This document shows positions 50,900-60,426 of a DNA stretch of 61,831 nt, one piece after another. The DNA lies in NCBI GenBank assembly GCA_040510355.1, contig JBEVJH010000061.1:1-61831 (forward strand). Direction: 5' to 3'. The translations under genes and the position numbers were made by a program. The stretch's first letter is position 1. Each line of letters opens with the position of its first letter. The notes under the pieces were generated by a model that was given only the letters and a program-made list of their open reading frames with translations, did no database searches and was not told the DNA's origin. This stretch comes from Aestuariivirgaceae bacterium. Lineage in GTDB: Bacteria > Pseudomonadota > Alphaproteobacteria > Rhizobiales > Aestuariivirgaceae.

Positions 50900-51559
50900 T
50901 CAGTCGCGCCCGACCGGCTTGGCGTCATGCCAGGAAAAGAATTCCCAGGCGATCTGCGCCGCTTCCCGGCAGGTGCACCAATGAACCGAAGTCCCTCCGA
51001 CCGCTTTGCGATTGTTGCCCGTCCCGGCGGTGCCCTTCGGCAGCGGACGGCCGTTCAGGACGTCCGTGCCTGCCCCCTTGATCTGGATTCTGCCAATCCC
51101 CTCGGGCTCCCGCCAGATCACGATGACGATATCGCTGGCATCGAGGATCCGCTGCACCGGTTCGCTCGAGTCGATCGCCAGGGCCCGGTTCGCATTCGCG
51201 ATCCGCACCAGCATGTTGGACTCGGAGCTGGTGACGACCTCGGCGGAGAAATCCAGGCTTGTGCTGCCGAGGCGCCGCGCTTCGAACCGTGCCCGCGTGA
51301 CCGCCGCCAGCGAGGCATCCAGCCGCGAGGCGTAGATCGGCTTCAGCCGAACGACGTCACTCTGCTCGGCGCCGCTGATTGCGTAGCCGGCGAGATACGT
51401 TCCTCCCGCCCCGATGCCGATCAGCGGGGAGACGAGGGTTTCCTCCTGGCAGAGATAACCTCCGATCGGCGAGTTCCTGGCATTCGTCGCGGCGAAGAAC
51501 GGCACGCCGTCATGCTCCCCGAGCGCGGCAGCGGAGTCGAGCGGTTGCAGATCCGACAT
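50900..51559 (-). CDS. Hypothetical protein (about 219 aa), no family recognised
   Basis: ATG 51559. G/C-ending codons predominate downstream of it, while the upstream part of the track ORF (to 51922) looks non-coding. I found no signal peptide and no known motif. Confidence 0.5.
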   Translation of the reverse strand: MSDLQPLDSAAALGEHDGVPFFAATNARNSPIGGYLCQEETLVSPLIGIGAGGTYLAGYAISGAEQSDVVRLKPIYASRLDASLAAVTRARFEARRLGSTSLDFSAEVVTSSESNMLVRIANANRALAIDSSEPVQRILDASDIVIVIWREPEGIGRIQIKGAGTDVLNGRPLPKGTAGTGNNRKAVGGTSVHWCTCREAAQIAWEFFSWHDAKPVGRD

Positions 51560-51861
51560 ATGGTTGTCCCCTGCCGACCGATCCGGGTCGATGCCTGCCG
51601 CCGACCAGCGGTTTCTTGAACATGATTGCTGTTCAGGCCACCACCGGAATTGCACGCACCGAATCGGAAAGCCCCTCGAGCCCCATCGTGCGAGGAGCGT
51701 CCCCAACCGCGGCGTTTCGATGGCGGCCGCCGGCGACTTCAACAGTCCGTGCATGGGCAAATCGTGAGGTGGACCGGTCGTGATCGAGGGCCCATCCTTC
51801 CTGGCGCGGGAACCACCTGGCCGCGCTTGAGCTTGCTCGTTCACCACTCGGGAAGGTCGCC

Positions 51862-52326
51862 ATGCCCAAGATCGATGTCGCCACAGTGCCGAAGCGCCGG
51901 GGCTCGCCCTATCCCGCGCCATTCGACACGCCTTGCGCCGGTCGCGTGCGCCAGCGGCTGGGTGACGCCGGCGGGCTCGCCGACTTCGGGGTCAATCTCA
52001 TGCGCCTGCCGCCGGGCAACTGGTCGAGCCAGCGCCATTGGCATTCGGCCGAGGACGAGTTCGTCTATGTGCTGGAGGGCGAGGTGACGCTGGTCGAGGA
52101 TGGCGGCGCGGAGGCGCTGCTGCGCGCCGGCGATTGCGCCGCCTTTCCGCGCGGCTCCGGGAACGGCCATCATCTGATCAATCGATCGGGCGCGATGGCG
52201 GTTTATCTGGAGGTGGGCACCCGCTCGCCGGACGACGTGACCATCTGCTCCGACATCGACATGATGAGTTCCAATGCCGACGGCCGGTTCGTGCACAAGG
52301 ACGGCACGCCCTATCCCGAGTCCTAG
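51862..52326 (+). CDS. Cupin-domain protein
   Basis: 154 aa. HWHSAEDEFVYVLEGEVTLVEDGG...GDCAAFPRGSGNGHHLIN (cupin motifs 1 and 2). Confidence 0.8.
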   Translation: MPKIDVATVPKRRGSPYPAPFDTPCAGRVRQRLGDAGGLADFGVNLMRLPPGNWSSQRHWHSAEDEFVYVLEGEVTLVEDGGAEALLRAGDCAAFPRGSGNGHHLINRSGAMAVYLEVGTRSPDDVTICSDIDMMSSNADGRFVHKDGTPYPES

Positions 52327-52484
52327 GCTTCTGATCCTGATCGCCGGCGCCGTGGCGGGAGAGACGCGCTTTGACCCAAAACGCGTCAGCTTTCGGTCAA
52401 ACACAAGACATTGAGTAGTCCAGCCGCTATATAGGATGGGCAGTGGCGGCGACTGCGATGTTCGGGGCGAACCGGGAGGGGACC

Positions 52485-53003
52485 ATGGTGCGCTTGAGGT
52501 GGTTCGCGGCCGTCATTGTGGCCGCTCTGATGTTTGGGATCGGACCCGCGACGGCGGCAAACGTTCAGATCTCGATTAACAAGCTGAACCAGAAAATGAC
52601 CGTCTCGGTCGACGGGACCGAGAAATATGTCTGGCTCGTCTCGACCGGTGCATCCGGCTATTCGACACCGAGCGGCTCCTATAAGCCCTTTCGCATGGAG
52701 CGCGATCATTACTCGAAGGAGTGGGATGATGCGCCGATGCCACACTCGATCTTTTTCACAACCGAGGGCCATGCCATCCATGGCAGCGAGTATACCAAGA
52801 GCCTGGGCAGGCGCGCTTCGCATGGCTGCGTGAGGCTCGCCCCCGAAAATGCCGCGACGCTCTATGCGTTGGTCCAGAAGGCCGGGATGAAGAACACCAA
52901 GGTGGTCGTTATCGGCGGCTTTGATTTCGGCTTCCTGTCGCAGGTCTCCAGGCCCAAATGGCTGAAGGATCCGGCGCGCAGCCTCAGCAATCTGTTCCGC
53001 TAG
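52485..53003 (+). CDS. L,D-transpeptidase (YkuD domain), exported
   Basis: GGGAGGGG SD. Signal peptide. Catalytic motif HGS...SHGCVRL. Confidence 0.88.
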   Translation: MVRLRWFAAVIVAALMFGIGPATAANVQISINKLNQKMTVSVDGTEKYVWLVSTGASGYSTPSGSYKPFRMERDHYSKEWDDAPMPHSIFFTTEGHAIHGSEYTKSLGRRASHGCVRLAPENAATLYALVQKAGMKNTKVVVIGGFDFGFLSQVSRPKWLKDPARSLSNLFR

Positions 53004-53039
53004 GCTGTTTCCGAGTGAGCCTGCTCGAACCGCGGCGTT

Positions 53040-54095
53040 TCAGCGGACGACCTTGAATTGCAAAGCGCCGCCGTCGCACATGCCGTCGGAAAGAACCACG
53101 ATCGTATAGTGCTCTGGAGCATCTTCGGTGACGGCAAGGGCTTCCGGCTTCAGCTCCCTGTCGCAGGGGCGCACATCGACCCCCGAAAGATCGAGCTCCG
53201 CGAGCCCTTTTGACTCGACATGGGCACCGGCCACGGAGGAAGTGCCGTCCCAGAAGGATATGCCCCAGCCCTTGTCATGATTTGCCATCGTATCGTCAGG
53301 TCCGCTGAGGATCAGAAAGCCGTCCCTGACGGCCGCAAGATCTCGAATGCCGCGCCCCTCGCCGACTTCGATGGTCGTCATCGAGGGACTGAGATCCCCA
53401 TCCGCGAACAAGGCATTCGCATCGACTGAAAGGATCCTGGCGACGCCCTTATCGGCTGGACCGCGGAACCCAAAATAGAGACGCCCGCCCTTTACAGCCA
53501 ATCCTTCGATGTTGACGCCTTGGCTCGGGTCCCCCAGACACTTCCCGACGAAATTGTTCAGGTCATCCCGTTGGTTCATGAGCGACCATAGGCGGCCCTT
53601 GTCGCTCTCTCCGGCAACGGCATTGTCCGGCGCGTGCCGGGCCTTTCCGGATGCTTGGTCGATTGGGATCCTGATGACTTGACGGCTGGCGGGATTGGGA
53701 TCGCAGCCCTCGCGCTTGACCGAATGCGATCCGGAGACATAGTAATATTGTCCGTCCGTCGCCGCCGCTTCCGCATCGAGCTCGCCATCCTCGCCCAGGA
53801 CGACCCTTTCGCCATCAAGGCTGTAGGAGCCATTGTCGATCACGACGTGGCGGGCTTCCATGCCTTCGTCGAAAACGACGAGACAGGTCCGTGGCAGCGA
53901 GGCGCTGTCTCGACAGGCGATGCCGCTCAGTGCCCGCCGCAGTTTCCTGCTGTCGCCTTCAAAGGAAAAGCTGCCCGTGGGATCCCATGGACCGCTTTGC
54001 GGTTGTAGGAGCGGCGCCGCCTGACCGGATCCCACGATATCGATTGGTGCAACAAGGACGCTGACAATCGGCAGGAGCGTCAGCAACCTTCGCAT
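53040..54095 (-). CDS. Secreted uncharacterised protein, DUF3616-like (assignment from memory, needs an HMM check)
   Basis: About 351 aa from ATG 54095. Signal peptide MRRLLTLLPIVSVLVAPI. Repeated EG(L/I)A-type strands (NIEGLAVKGGRLYFGFRGP; EALAVTED). Confidence 0.55.
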   Translation of the reverse strand: MRRLLTLLPIVSVLVAPIDIVGSGQAAPLLQPQSGPWDPTGSFSFEGDSRKLRRALSGIACRDSASLPRTCLVVFDEGMEARHVVIDNGSYSLDGERVVLGEDGELDAEAAATDGQYYYVSGSHSVKREGCDPNPASRQVIRIPIDQASGKARHAPDNAVAGESDKGRLWSLMNQRDDLNNFVGKCLGDPSQGVNIEGLAVKGGRLYFGFRGPADKGVARILSVDANALFADGDLSPSMTTIEVGEGRGIRDLAAVRDGFLILSGPDDTMANHDKGWGISFWDGTSSVAGAHVESKGLAELDLSGVDVRPCDRELKPEALAVTEDAPEHYTIVVLSDGMCDGGALQFKVVR

Positions 54096-54184
54096 GGTCT
54101 GGCCTTCTTTGATTGAACTCTCTGCGACAACCGGATTGTGGACAGGCACTCGATCAGGCGCTGTGATATTTGCCACCTTGATCT

Positions 54185-55234
54185 TTGGGTGAAGCGAGGC
54201 GGCCTTTGGAGACTTCGGACATTGCACTCGACTGTACTGACGTCTGGAAGGTTTTCGGCCTCGGCGCGATGCGGCTCAGACAGTTCTTCGCAAGCCGGAA
54301 TCCCGAGCAGCTCCTTGTATCATGGAATTTCGCAGCAGCGGTGCGGCAGGTTTCGCTGTCGGTCCGCAAAGGCGAAAGTTTCTGCATCATGGGTCTCTCA
54401 GGATCGGGGAAGTCGACCCTGGTCCGCTGCATGACCGGACTTCTGCCGTTGACGCGCGGCGGCCTTCGGGTTCTTGGAATCGACATCGCCAAGGCCTCCC
54501 CGGCAGAGTTGATTGCGCTCAGGCGTCACGAGCTCTCCATGGTATTCCAGGACTTCGCGCTGTTGCCCCACCTCACCGTCATGGAGAACATCGCCTTTCC
54601 GCTGCGCGTGCGCGGGACAGCCAAGCGCGAGCGCGAGGCGAGGGCCGAGCGAATGGTTGCGATGGTCGGCCTGGAAGGGCGTGAAGGCTACTATCCACAT
54701 GAGCTTTCCGGCGGACAACAACAGAGAGTCGGAATCGCGCGCAGCCTCGCGACCGATCCGCAGCTGTGGTTTCTGGATGAGCCGTTCTCGGCACTTGATC
54801 CGATCATCCGCCGGGATTTGCAGGACGAGTTGCTGCGGCTGCAAGCGAGACTGAGGAAGACGATCATCTTCATCACGCACGACTTCGACGAGGCTTTGCG
54901 ACTCGCAACGCGGATCGCGATCATGAAGGATGGCGTTGTTGTCCAGATTGGCACCCCGGAGGAGTTGGTGCTCAAGCCTGCCGACTCCTATGTTGCCCGG
55001 TTCACCGACAAGGTAGTGCTCGCCGATGTCGTGCGTGTCGGCTCCGTGATGTCGCCGGCGCTCCTCGATGACCCGTCGGAAGCGCTGGATGCCTCGATGC
55101 TGGTTCGCGAAGCGGCGCGGCGCGTTTTCGAGCGTGGCCGCGCCATGCCGGTGAGCGGGGCCGACGGCCGGATCGTCGGCAGCATCGGACCGCAGATCAT
55201 CGGCCCCCTGCTGCTGGCGCGACCGGCATCCTAG
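54185..55234 (+). CDS. Glycine betaine/proline-type (quaternary amine) ABC transporter ATP-binding protein (ProV/OpuAA-like)
   Basis: [31 protein letters not shown]-terminal CBS-like tail. No ATG near the 5' end; the start is TTG 54185 or 54206. Confidence 0.82.
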   Translation: MGEARRPLETSDIALDCTDVWKVFGLGAMRLRQFFASRNPEQLLVSWNFAAAVRQVSLSVRKGESFCIMGLSGSGKSTLVRCMTGLLPLTRGGLRVLGIDIAKASPAELIALRRHELSMVFQDFALLPHLTVMENIAFPLRVRGTAKREREARAERMVAMVGLEGREGYYPHELSGGQQQRVGIARSLATDPQLWFLDEPFSALDPIIRRDLQDELLRLQARLRKTIIFITHDFDEALRLATRIAIMKDGVVVQIGTPEELVLKPADSYVARFTDKVVLADVVRVGSVMSPALLDDPSEALDASMLVREAARRVFERGRAMPVSGADGRIVGSIGPQIIGPLLLARPAS

Positions 55235-55237
55235 ACC

Positions 55238-57214
55238 ATGGGCACCATCGCCCGGCTGGAGAGAGCAGCGTCTTCACCCAATCGCATGATTGCGGCGGTG
55301 CTGGCCTTCGGACTCATTCTGGCAACCTTGCCGTTCAGCTGGGCTTGGGACTGGCCGAAGGAATGGGTCATTGCTCCGGGCCCGCCGATTACCGCCGGTT
55401 TCAAATGGCTGGCCCGCGACTTCACGATCGGCGGCGTCGAGTTCAGCAGCATCCTCCGCAGTGCCGCCAAGATCGTCGAACTTCCCATGACGATGGCGCA
55501 ATCCATGCTCGCGAAGGGTTTCGGGCCTCTGGGTTCGGCGTTCCCGCCCTTGCCATGGTTCAGCCTTCTCGGTGCAGCGATCATCTTCGGCCATTGGGCC
55601 GGCGGGCCGCGGCTCCTGATCCTGATACTTCTTGCCGGTGCCTATCTCCTCGTCTTCGGCCTGTGGACCAGCGCCATGATGACCATGGCTTCCGTGCTCG
55701 TTGCCGTCGTGGTGGGAAGCCTTGTCGGCGTCGTCCTTGGAGTCTTGGCTTGGCGAAGCGCCATCGCTGAAGGTCTGCTCGAACCCCTCTATGATTTGTT
55801 GCAGGTGCTGCCGATCTTCTCCTACCTCGTGCCGATTCTCGTATTCTTCGGCTTCGGGCCGCTCGCCGGACTCGTCGCGACGGTGATCTTCGCAATGCCC
55901 CCGATGGCGCGCACGACGACGCTCGCGCTCCGCACCTTGCCCGGCAGCATTTTCGACTTGGCCACCATGGCCGGATGCAGCAGGCGCCAGGCGCTCTGGC
56001 TGGTATTGTTGCCTGCCTCGCGCGATACCTTGCTCGTTGGCCTCAACCAGGTGGTCAATCTGTCCTTCGCGGTTGCCGTGTTCGCCGCCATCATCGGTGC
56101 CGGAGGTCTTGGAACCGATCTCTTTGCGGCGCTCAAATCGCTGAAGCTCGGTCCGGCGCTCGAGGCCGGCATCGCCATCACTCTCCTCGCCATCGCGCTC
56201 GATCGAACCTTTCGGGCGCTCGCCTCGAAGCGATCGGTCCATGCCCAAGCCGGCAGCAGCAGCAGGCTCGCCGGACATGTCCATGCGTTTGCGGCCGCGG
56301 CTCTGATCGCGCTTGGTCTTGCGACCGCGATCATCCACTCGGGGGGCTCGGCATTTCCGACATCATGGACATTATCGACCGGCAGTTTCTGGAACGAGCT
56401 CGTCGCTTCCATCAATGCGGCAGCAGGGCAGACCATAGCCTCGCTGCGGAATGCCTTGATCATCGCCGTGCTTCGACCGGTCAAGGACGCGTTGTTGGCC
56501 GCGCCCTGGCTGGTGATGGTCGGTATTTGCGGTGTGACCGGCATGCTGCTCGGCGGCTGGCGGCTGGCGGTGACGGTGAGTGCCATGCTTTTCGCGGTCG
56601 TCATCACCGGCTATTGGGACGCGGCCATGACATCGCTCTATCTCGTCATGCTCGGCGTGGTGATCGCCTGTTTGATAGGCTTCCCTCTCGGAATGGCGGG
56701 AGCATTGAATCGGCTGCTGGCCGACGTCAATGACGTTCTGGTCGACACGATCCAGACGCTTCCACCCTTCGTCTATCTCGTGCCGGTGATCATGGTTCTG
56801 GGCATCGGCGATGTGCCCGCGCTGGCGGCGATCGCCATCTATTCGGTTGCTCCCGCCATCAAATTCACGCAATCGGGACTGCTCCAGGTCAAGCGCAGCG
56901 TGCTCGAGGCAGCCGCGATGAGCGGCTGCACCAGGCTGCAGGCTCTGCGTCTCGTCCAGCTTCCCATTGCCCGCCCCTACCTGCTCCTTGGTCTCAATCA
57001 GACGGTGATCATGGCCTTCGGCATGCTGGTGATCACCGCGCTTGTCGGCACGCGCGGGCTGGAGGCGAATACCTTGAAGGCGCTCGGCAAGGTGGATACC
57101 GGAGAGGGGCTGGTCGCCGGCCTGTGCCTCGTCGCCATCACCGCGGTATGCGACCGCTTGCTGAAGGCCTTTACGCGTCGTGCAATGGCCCTCCGCGATG
57201 CCAGCCATGCCTGA
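55238..57214 (+). CDS. Tandem-fused double permease (ProW-ProW type) of the betaine-family ABC transporter
   Basis: 658 aa with an internal duplication. Compare LQVLPIFSYLVPILVFFGFGP...MAGCSRRQALWLVLLPASR with IQTLPPFVYLVPVIMVLGIGD...MSGCTRLQALRLVQLPIAR. Confidence 0.85.
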   Translation: MGTIARLERAASSPNRMIAAVLAFGLILATLPFSWAWDWPKEWVIAPGPPITAGFKWLARDFTIGGVEFSSILRSAAKIVELPMTMAQSMLAKGFGPLGSAFPPLPWFSLLGAAIIFGHWAGGPRLLILILLAGAYLLVFGLWTSAMMTMASVLVAVVVGSLVGVVLGVLAWRSAIAEGLLEPLYDLLQVLPIFSYLVPILVFFGFGPLAGLVATVIFAMPPMARTTTLALRTLPGSIFDLATMAGCSRRQALWLVLLPASRDTLLVGLNQVVNLSFAVAVFAAIIGAGGLGTDLFAALKSLKLGPALEAGIAITLLAIALDRTFRALASKRSVHAQAGSSSRLAGHVHAFAAAALIALGLATAIIHSGGSAFPTSWTLSTGSFWNELVASINAAAGQTIASLRNALIIAVLRPVKDALLAAPWLVMVGICGVTGMLLGGWRLAVTVSAMLFAVVITGYWDAAMTSLYLVMLGVVIACLIGFPLGMAGALNRLLADVNDVLVDTIQTLPPFVYLVPVIMVLGIGDVPALAAIAIYSVAPAIKFTQSGLLQVKRSVLEAAAMSGCTRLQALRLVQLPIARPYLLLGLNQTVIMAFGMLVITALVGTRGLEANTLKALGKVDTGEGLVAGLCLVAITAVCDRLLKAFTRRAMALRDASHA

Positions 57215-57287
57215 TACATCAAGGGCTTGCCGACATTGGCAGCCTGCGGCAGATTGAGCGGGCCGCGCAAGATCCCGGAGAAAAGTC

Positions 57288-58241
57288 ATGTTTGGAACCA
57301 GCATTCCTCGGCTGGCCTGCTTGGGCCTGATGTTGGCTGCCCCAGCCCAGGTCCTGGCGCAGCAGGCCGAGACCACCGAAGTGATCAAGCTCCCGCTGAT
57401 CAACTCGTCCGATTTCGACTTCATCTCCCTGGTCTTTGGCGGCGTCCTCAAGAAGGCGGGGTACAACATCGAGTTCACGCCGGTCGATTACACGGCACAT
57501 TTCCAGGGCGTGGTGACCGGCGACTTCCCGATCACCACCGGCGCTTGGGCAACCACTCCGGCCCCGGTCCAGGATGCCCTGGCATCCGGCAAGGTCGAGG
57601 ATTTCGGGCCGAACGGCGTCGAGGTTCGCGAAGGCTGGTGGTATCCGACCTATGTCGAGGCGGTGTGCCCGGGCTTGCCGGACTACAAGGCGCTGATGAA
57701 GCCTGACTGCCAAAAGGCGCTCTCGACAGCCGAGACGGCGCCCAAGGCGCGCTTTGTGAATGCCCCCTCGGACTGGACGACCGATGTGGACAAGCGCGCC
57801 GATGCCTTCGGGATCGATCTCGAGATCATCTCTGCCGGGACGCCGGTCGCTCTCGCGGCGGCGATTTCCGGAGCGATCGACAAGAAGGAGCCGATCCTCG
57901 CCTGGGGATACAGCCCTTACTGGATCACCGCGAAGTACGATGGCAAATGGGTCGAGTTCCCCAAGGCCGAGGATGCCTGCTTCAGCGATCCGAAATGGGG
58001 GATCAACCCCGACAAGACCTGGGACTGCGGCTACAAGACAGGCCAGATCGGCAAGCTGGCGAACAAGGAATTCATCGCCAAGGTGCCATTGGCCCAGGCA
58101 ATTCTCCGCAACTTCAAGCTCGAAACCGCAGACGTCGGTCGAGCCACCGAACAGGCCGATGTCAAGGGCCGGCCGATGCCTGAAGTGGCAGATGAGTGGA
58201 TCGCCGCCAATGAAGCCAAATGGCGGGCCTGGCTCAAGTAG
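57288..58241 (+). CDS. Betaine-family substrate-binding protein (ProX/OpuAC-like)
   Basis: Signal peptide MFGTSIPRLACLGLMLAAPAQVLA. Aromatic-rich binding-protein fold (WWYP, WGYSPYW). Confidence 0.75.
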   Translation: MFGTSIPRLACLGLMLAAPAQVLAQQAETTEVIKLPLINSSDFDFISLVFGGVLKKAGYNIEFTPVDYTAHFQGVVTGDFPITTGAWATTPAPVQDALASGKVEDFGPNGVEVREGWWYPTYVEAVCPGLPDYKALMKPDCQKALSTAETAPKARFVNAPSDWTTDVDKRADAFGIDLEIISAGTPVALAAAISGAIDKKEPILAWGYSPYWITAKYDGKWVEFPKAEDACFSDPKWGINPDKTWDCGYKTGQIGKLANKEFIAKVPLAQAILRNFKLETADVGRATEQADVKGRPMPEVADEWIAANEAKWRAWLK

Positions 58242-58273
58242 TCTCGTTGGTGAATCGCCCCGAAGGATGCACA

Positions 58274-59506
58274 ATGCCACGCGCTGTCCATGAGCTGCGA
58301 TCGGAGATCTGCGAGTGGATCGACGCCAGATCCGCCGAGCAGACGGCGCTCCTCGAGAAACTCGTTGCTGCCCCGAGCGAAAATCCGCCCGGAAACGTCG
58401 AGGCGGTCGCTCGGAAGATCGAGGACTTCCTGGCAACGAGAGGGCTTCCGACCGAACGCATCCAGCGCGCCGAAAATCAGCCGAATATCGTGTCGTCCAT
58501 TGCGAACGGCACCGGCCGGCATCTCATCCTGAACGGTCATATGGATACGATCCCGGTTGGACCGAGGGATCGCTGGACCGTCGAGCCATTTGCCTTGACT
58601 GCGCAGAAGGACCGGCTTCTCGGCCTCGGCTCCGGCAACATGAAGGGAGCAGTTGCCGCACTCCTGTTCGCCTTTGCCTGGCTCGCCGAGCGAACCGACC
58701 TCTGGCAAGGCAAGGTCACCGTGACCGCGGTTGCCGATGAGGTGTTCTTCGGCCCGAACGGCGCCGGCTTCATGCTGGAGCGGAGGCCGGACCTTCTCGG
58801 CGATGCTCTGATCTGCGGCGAAGGGCCAGGCGCAATGGGACTGGCCATCGCCGAGAAAGGGGTGGCGTGGTTTCGGCTCAAGGTGCGGGGTGAACCCGGC
58901 CAGGGAATGGCGGCACGGCGCGGCGACTCGGCGATTCACCGGCTTGCGGCGGTCATCACCATCCTGGATGAATGGAACGAACGCCTGGTGCGGGCGCCGG
59001 GAGATCTCGACCGGCTTGATCGCGAGGCGGCGCGCGAAGGGCTGCGGATCTCGGCCAATGTCGGGAAAGTGTCGGGTGGCGGGTTCGTCAGTCAGCTTGC
59101 CGCCCATGCCGAGGCGGAGCTCGATGTCAGGGTTCCGCCGGGAATGACCGTCGAAACGATCGAGCGCGAGTTGAAGGCCCTCGTCGACACGGATTGGCTC
59201 ACCATCGAGCGGATCAAGGGATGGGACCCGAACTGGACGCCGATCGATTCCGAGATTGTCCGCTCGATGGAATCGGCGGCGGCCTTCGTGCGTGGCGCGC
59301 CGCCGGCGCTGGTGGTCAGGCTTCCCGCCAGCGATGCTTCACGCTGGCGTCGCGCCGGCATCCAGGCGGTCTGCTACGGCCCGCAGCCGCTGCTGGCGTC
59401 CGGCGTCGACGATTTCGTTCACCGCAAGGATTTCCTCGACTGCGCCAAGGTCTATGCGCTCGCGGCTCTTGATTATCTCGGAGGTCACCGGGTCTCCGGA
59501 TCATAG
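58274..59506 (+). CDS. M20-family metallopeptidase/deacylase (ArgE/DapE/ACY1 type)
   Basis: About 410 aa. LILNGHMDTIPVG...GLGSGNMKGAVAA...ADEV.... Confidence 0.8.
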   Translation: MPRAVHELRSEICEWIDARSAEQTALLEKLVAAPSENPPGNVEAVARKIEDFLATRGLPTERIQRAENQPNIVSSIANGTGRHLILNGHMDTIPVGPRDRWTVEPFALTAQKDRLLGLGSGNMKGAVAALLFAFAWLAERTDLWQGKVTVTAVADEVFFGPNGAGFMLERRPDLLGDALICGEGPGAMGLAIAEKGVAWFRLKVRGEPGQGMAARRGDSAIHRLAAVITILDEWNERLVRAPGDLDRLDREAAREGLRISANVGKVSGGGFVSQLAAHAEAELDVRVPPGMTVETIERELKALVDTDWLTIERIKGWDPNWTPIDSEIVRSMESAAAFVRGAPPALVVRLPASDASRWRRAGIQAVCYGPQPLLASGVDDFVHRKDFLDCAKVYALAALDYLGGHRVSGS

Positions 59507-60426
59507 GCTTTGCCCAAAGCTGCCGGAGCCACCGCCTGCCGGGCGCTCAACACCATCGCGACGAGTGTTGCCAGATAGGGCAGGGCGAGAAACACCTGAT
59601 AGGGAATCGCCCAGGCGCCGCTGGTCTGCAGACGGAGCTGGAAGGCATCCACCGCGCCGAACAGGAAGGCGGCGAGGGCGCAAGGGATCGGCTGCCAACG
59701 GCCGAGGACGACGAGCGCCAGGCAGATCCAGCCTCGTCCGGAAATGATGCCATAGCCAAACGACCCGAACGCGGCGAGATCGAGGTAGGCTCCGCCGAGT
59801 CCGGCCAGCGAGCCGGCGGCGATCAGCGCCAGGATCCGCACCTGGATCACGTCGATGCCGACGCTTGCCGCCGCAAGGGGGTTCTCGCCGACCGTCCGCA
59901 GCGACAGCCCGGCCGGCGTCTTCATGAGGAAGAAGGCGAGAGCCGGCACAAGCAGATAGGCGATATAGGTCAGTGCGTATTGGTTGAAGAAGATCGGGCC
60001 GACCGCCGGGATCTCGGAGAGGATCGGAATCGGCACCGTCCTGAATGGCTGGATCGACGGCGGCACGGCGCTTTCGCCGAATCCGAGGCGATAGAAATAG
60101 AACGCAAGCCCGGTGACGCTCATCGTCATGCCGATGCCGGCAACGGTTTGATCGAGCCGCAGCACAACGGTGAGGATGGCAAGAGAGAACCCGAGAAGAG
60201 CGCCGATGGCGATTGCCGCGACGACCCCCAGCCACAGCGATCCGGTGCCGGAGGCAGTGGCAAATCCCGCAATTGCGCCGGCGAGCATCATGCCCTCGAT
60301 ACCGAGATTGAGGCTTCCCGATCGTTCGGCGATGAGCTCGCCCAATGTTCCAAGCAGCAGCGGCACCGCCAGGCGGACGGCGGCCGCGAAGAAGCCGATA
60401 TCCAGGATGAGGTCCAAAAGGTTCAA
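59485..60426 (-). CDS. ABC transporter permease (BPD_transp_2 type, BMP/nucleoside-sugar class, YufQ-like)
   Basis: 313 aa. VPLLLGTLGELIAERSGSLNLGIEGMMLAGA. TTG start overlaps the upstream TGA (TTGA). The 3' end overlaps the convergent M20 gene by 22 nt. Confidence 0.82.
   Translation of the reverse strand: MNLLDLILDIGFFAAAVRLAVPLLLGTLGELIAERSGSLNLGIEGMMLAGAIAGFATASGTGSLWLGVVAAIAIGALLGFSLAILTVVLRLDQTVAGIGMTMSVTGLAFYFYRLGFGESAVPPSIQPFRTVPIPILSEIPAVGPIFFNQYALTYIAYLLVPALAFFLMKTPAGLSLRTVGENPLAAASVGIDVIQVRILALIAAGSLAGLGGAYLDLAAFGSFGYGIISGRGWICLALVVLGRWQPIPCALAAFLFGAVDAFQLRLQTSGAWAIPYQVFLALPYLATLVAMVLSARQAVAPAALGKAYDPETR

Noticed and set aside
59485-59506. 22-nt overlap of the convergent M20 and permease genes
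   Set aside because: Short 3'-3' overlaps are common in compact high-GC genomes. No further structure was seen.
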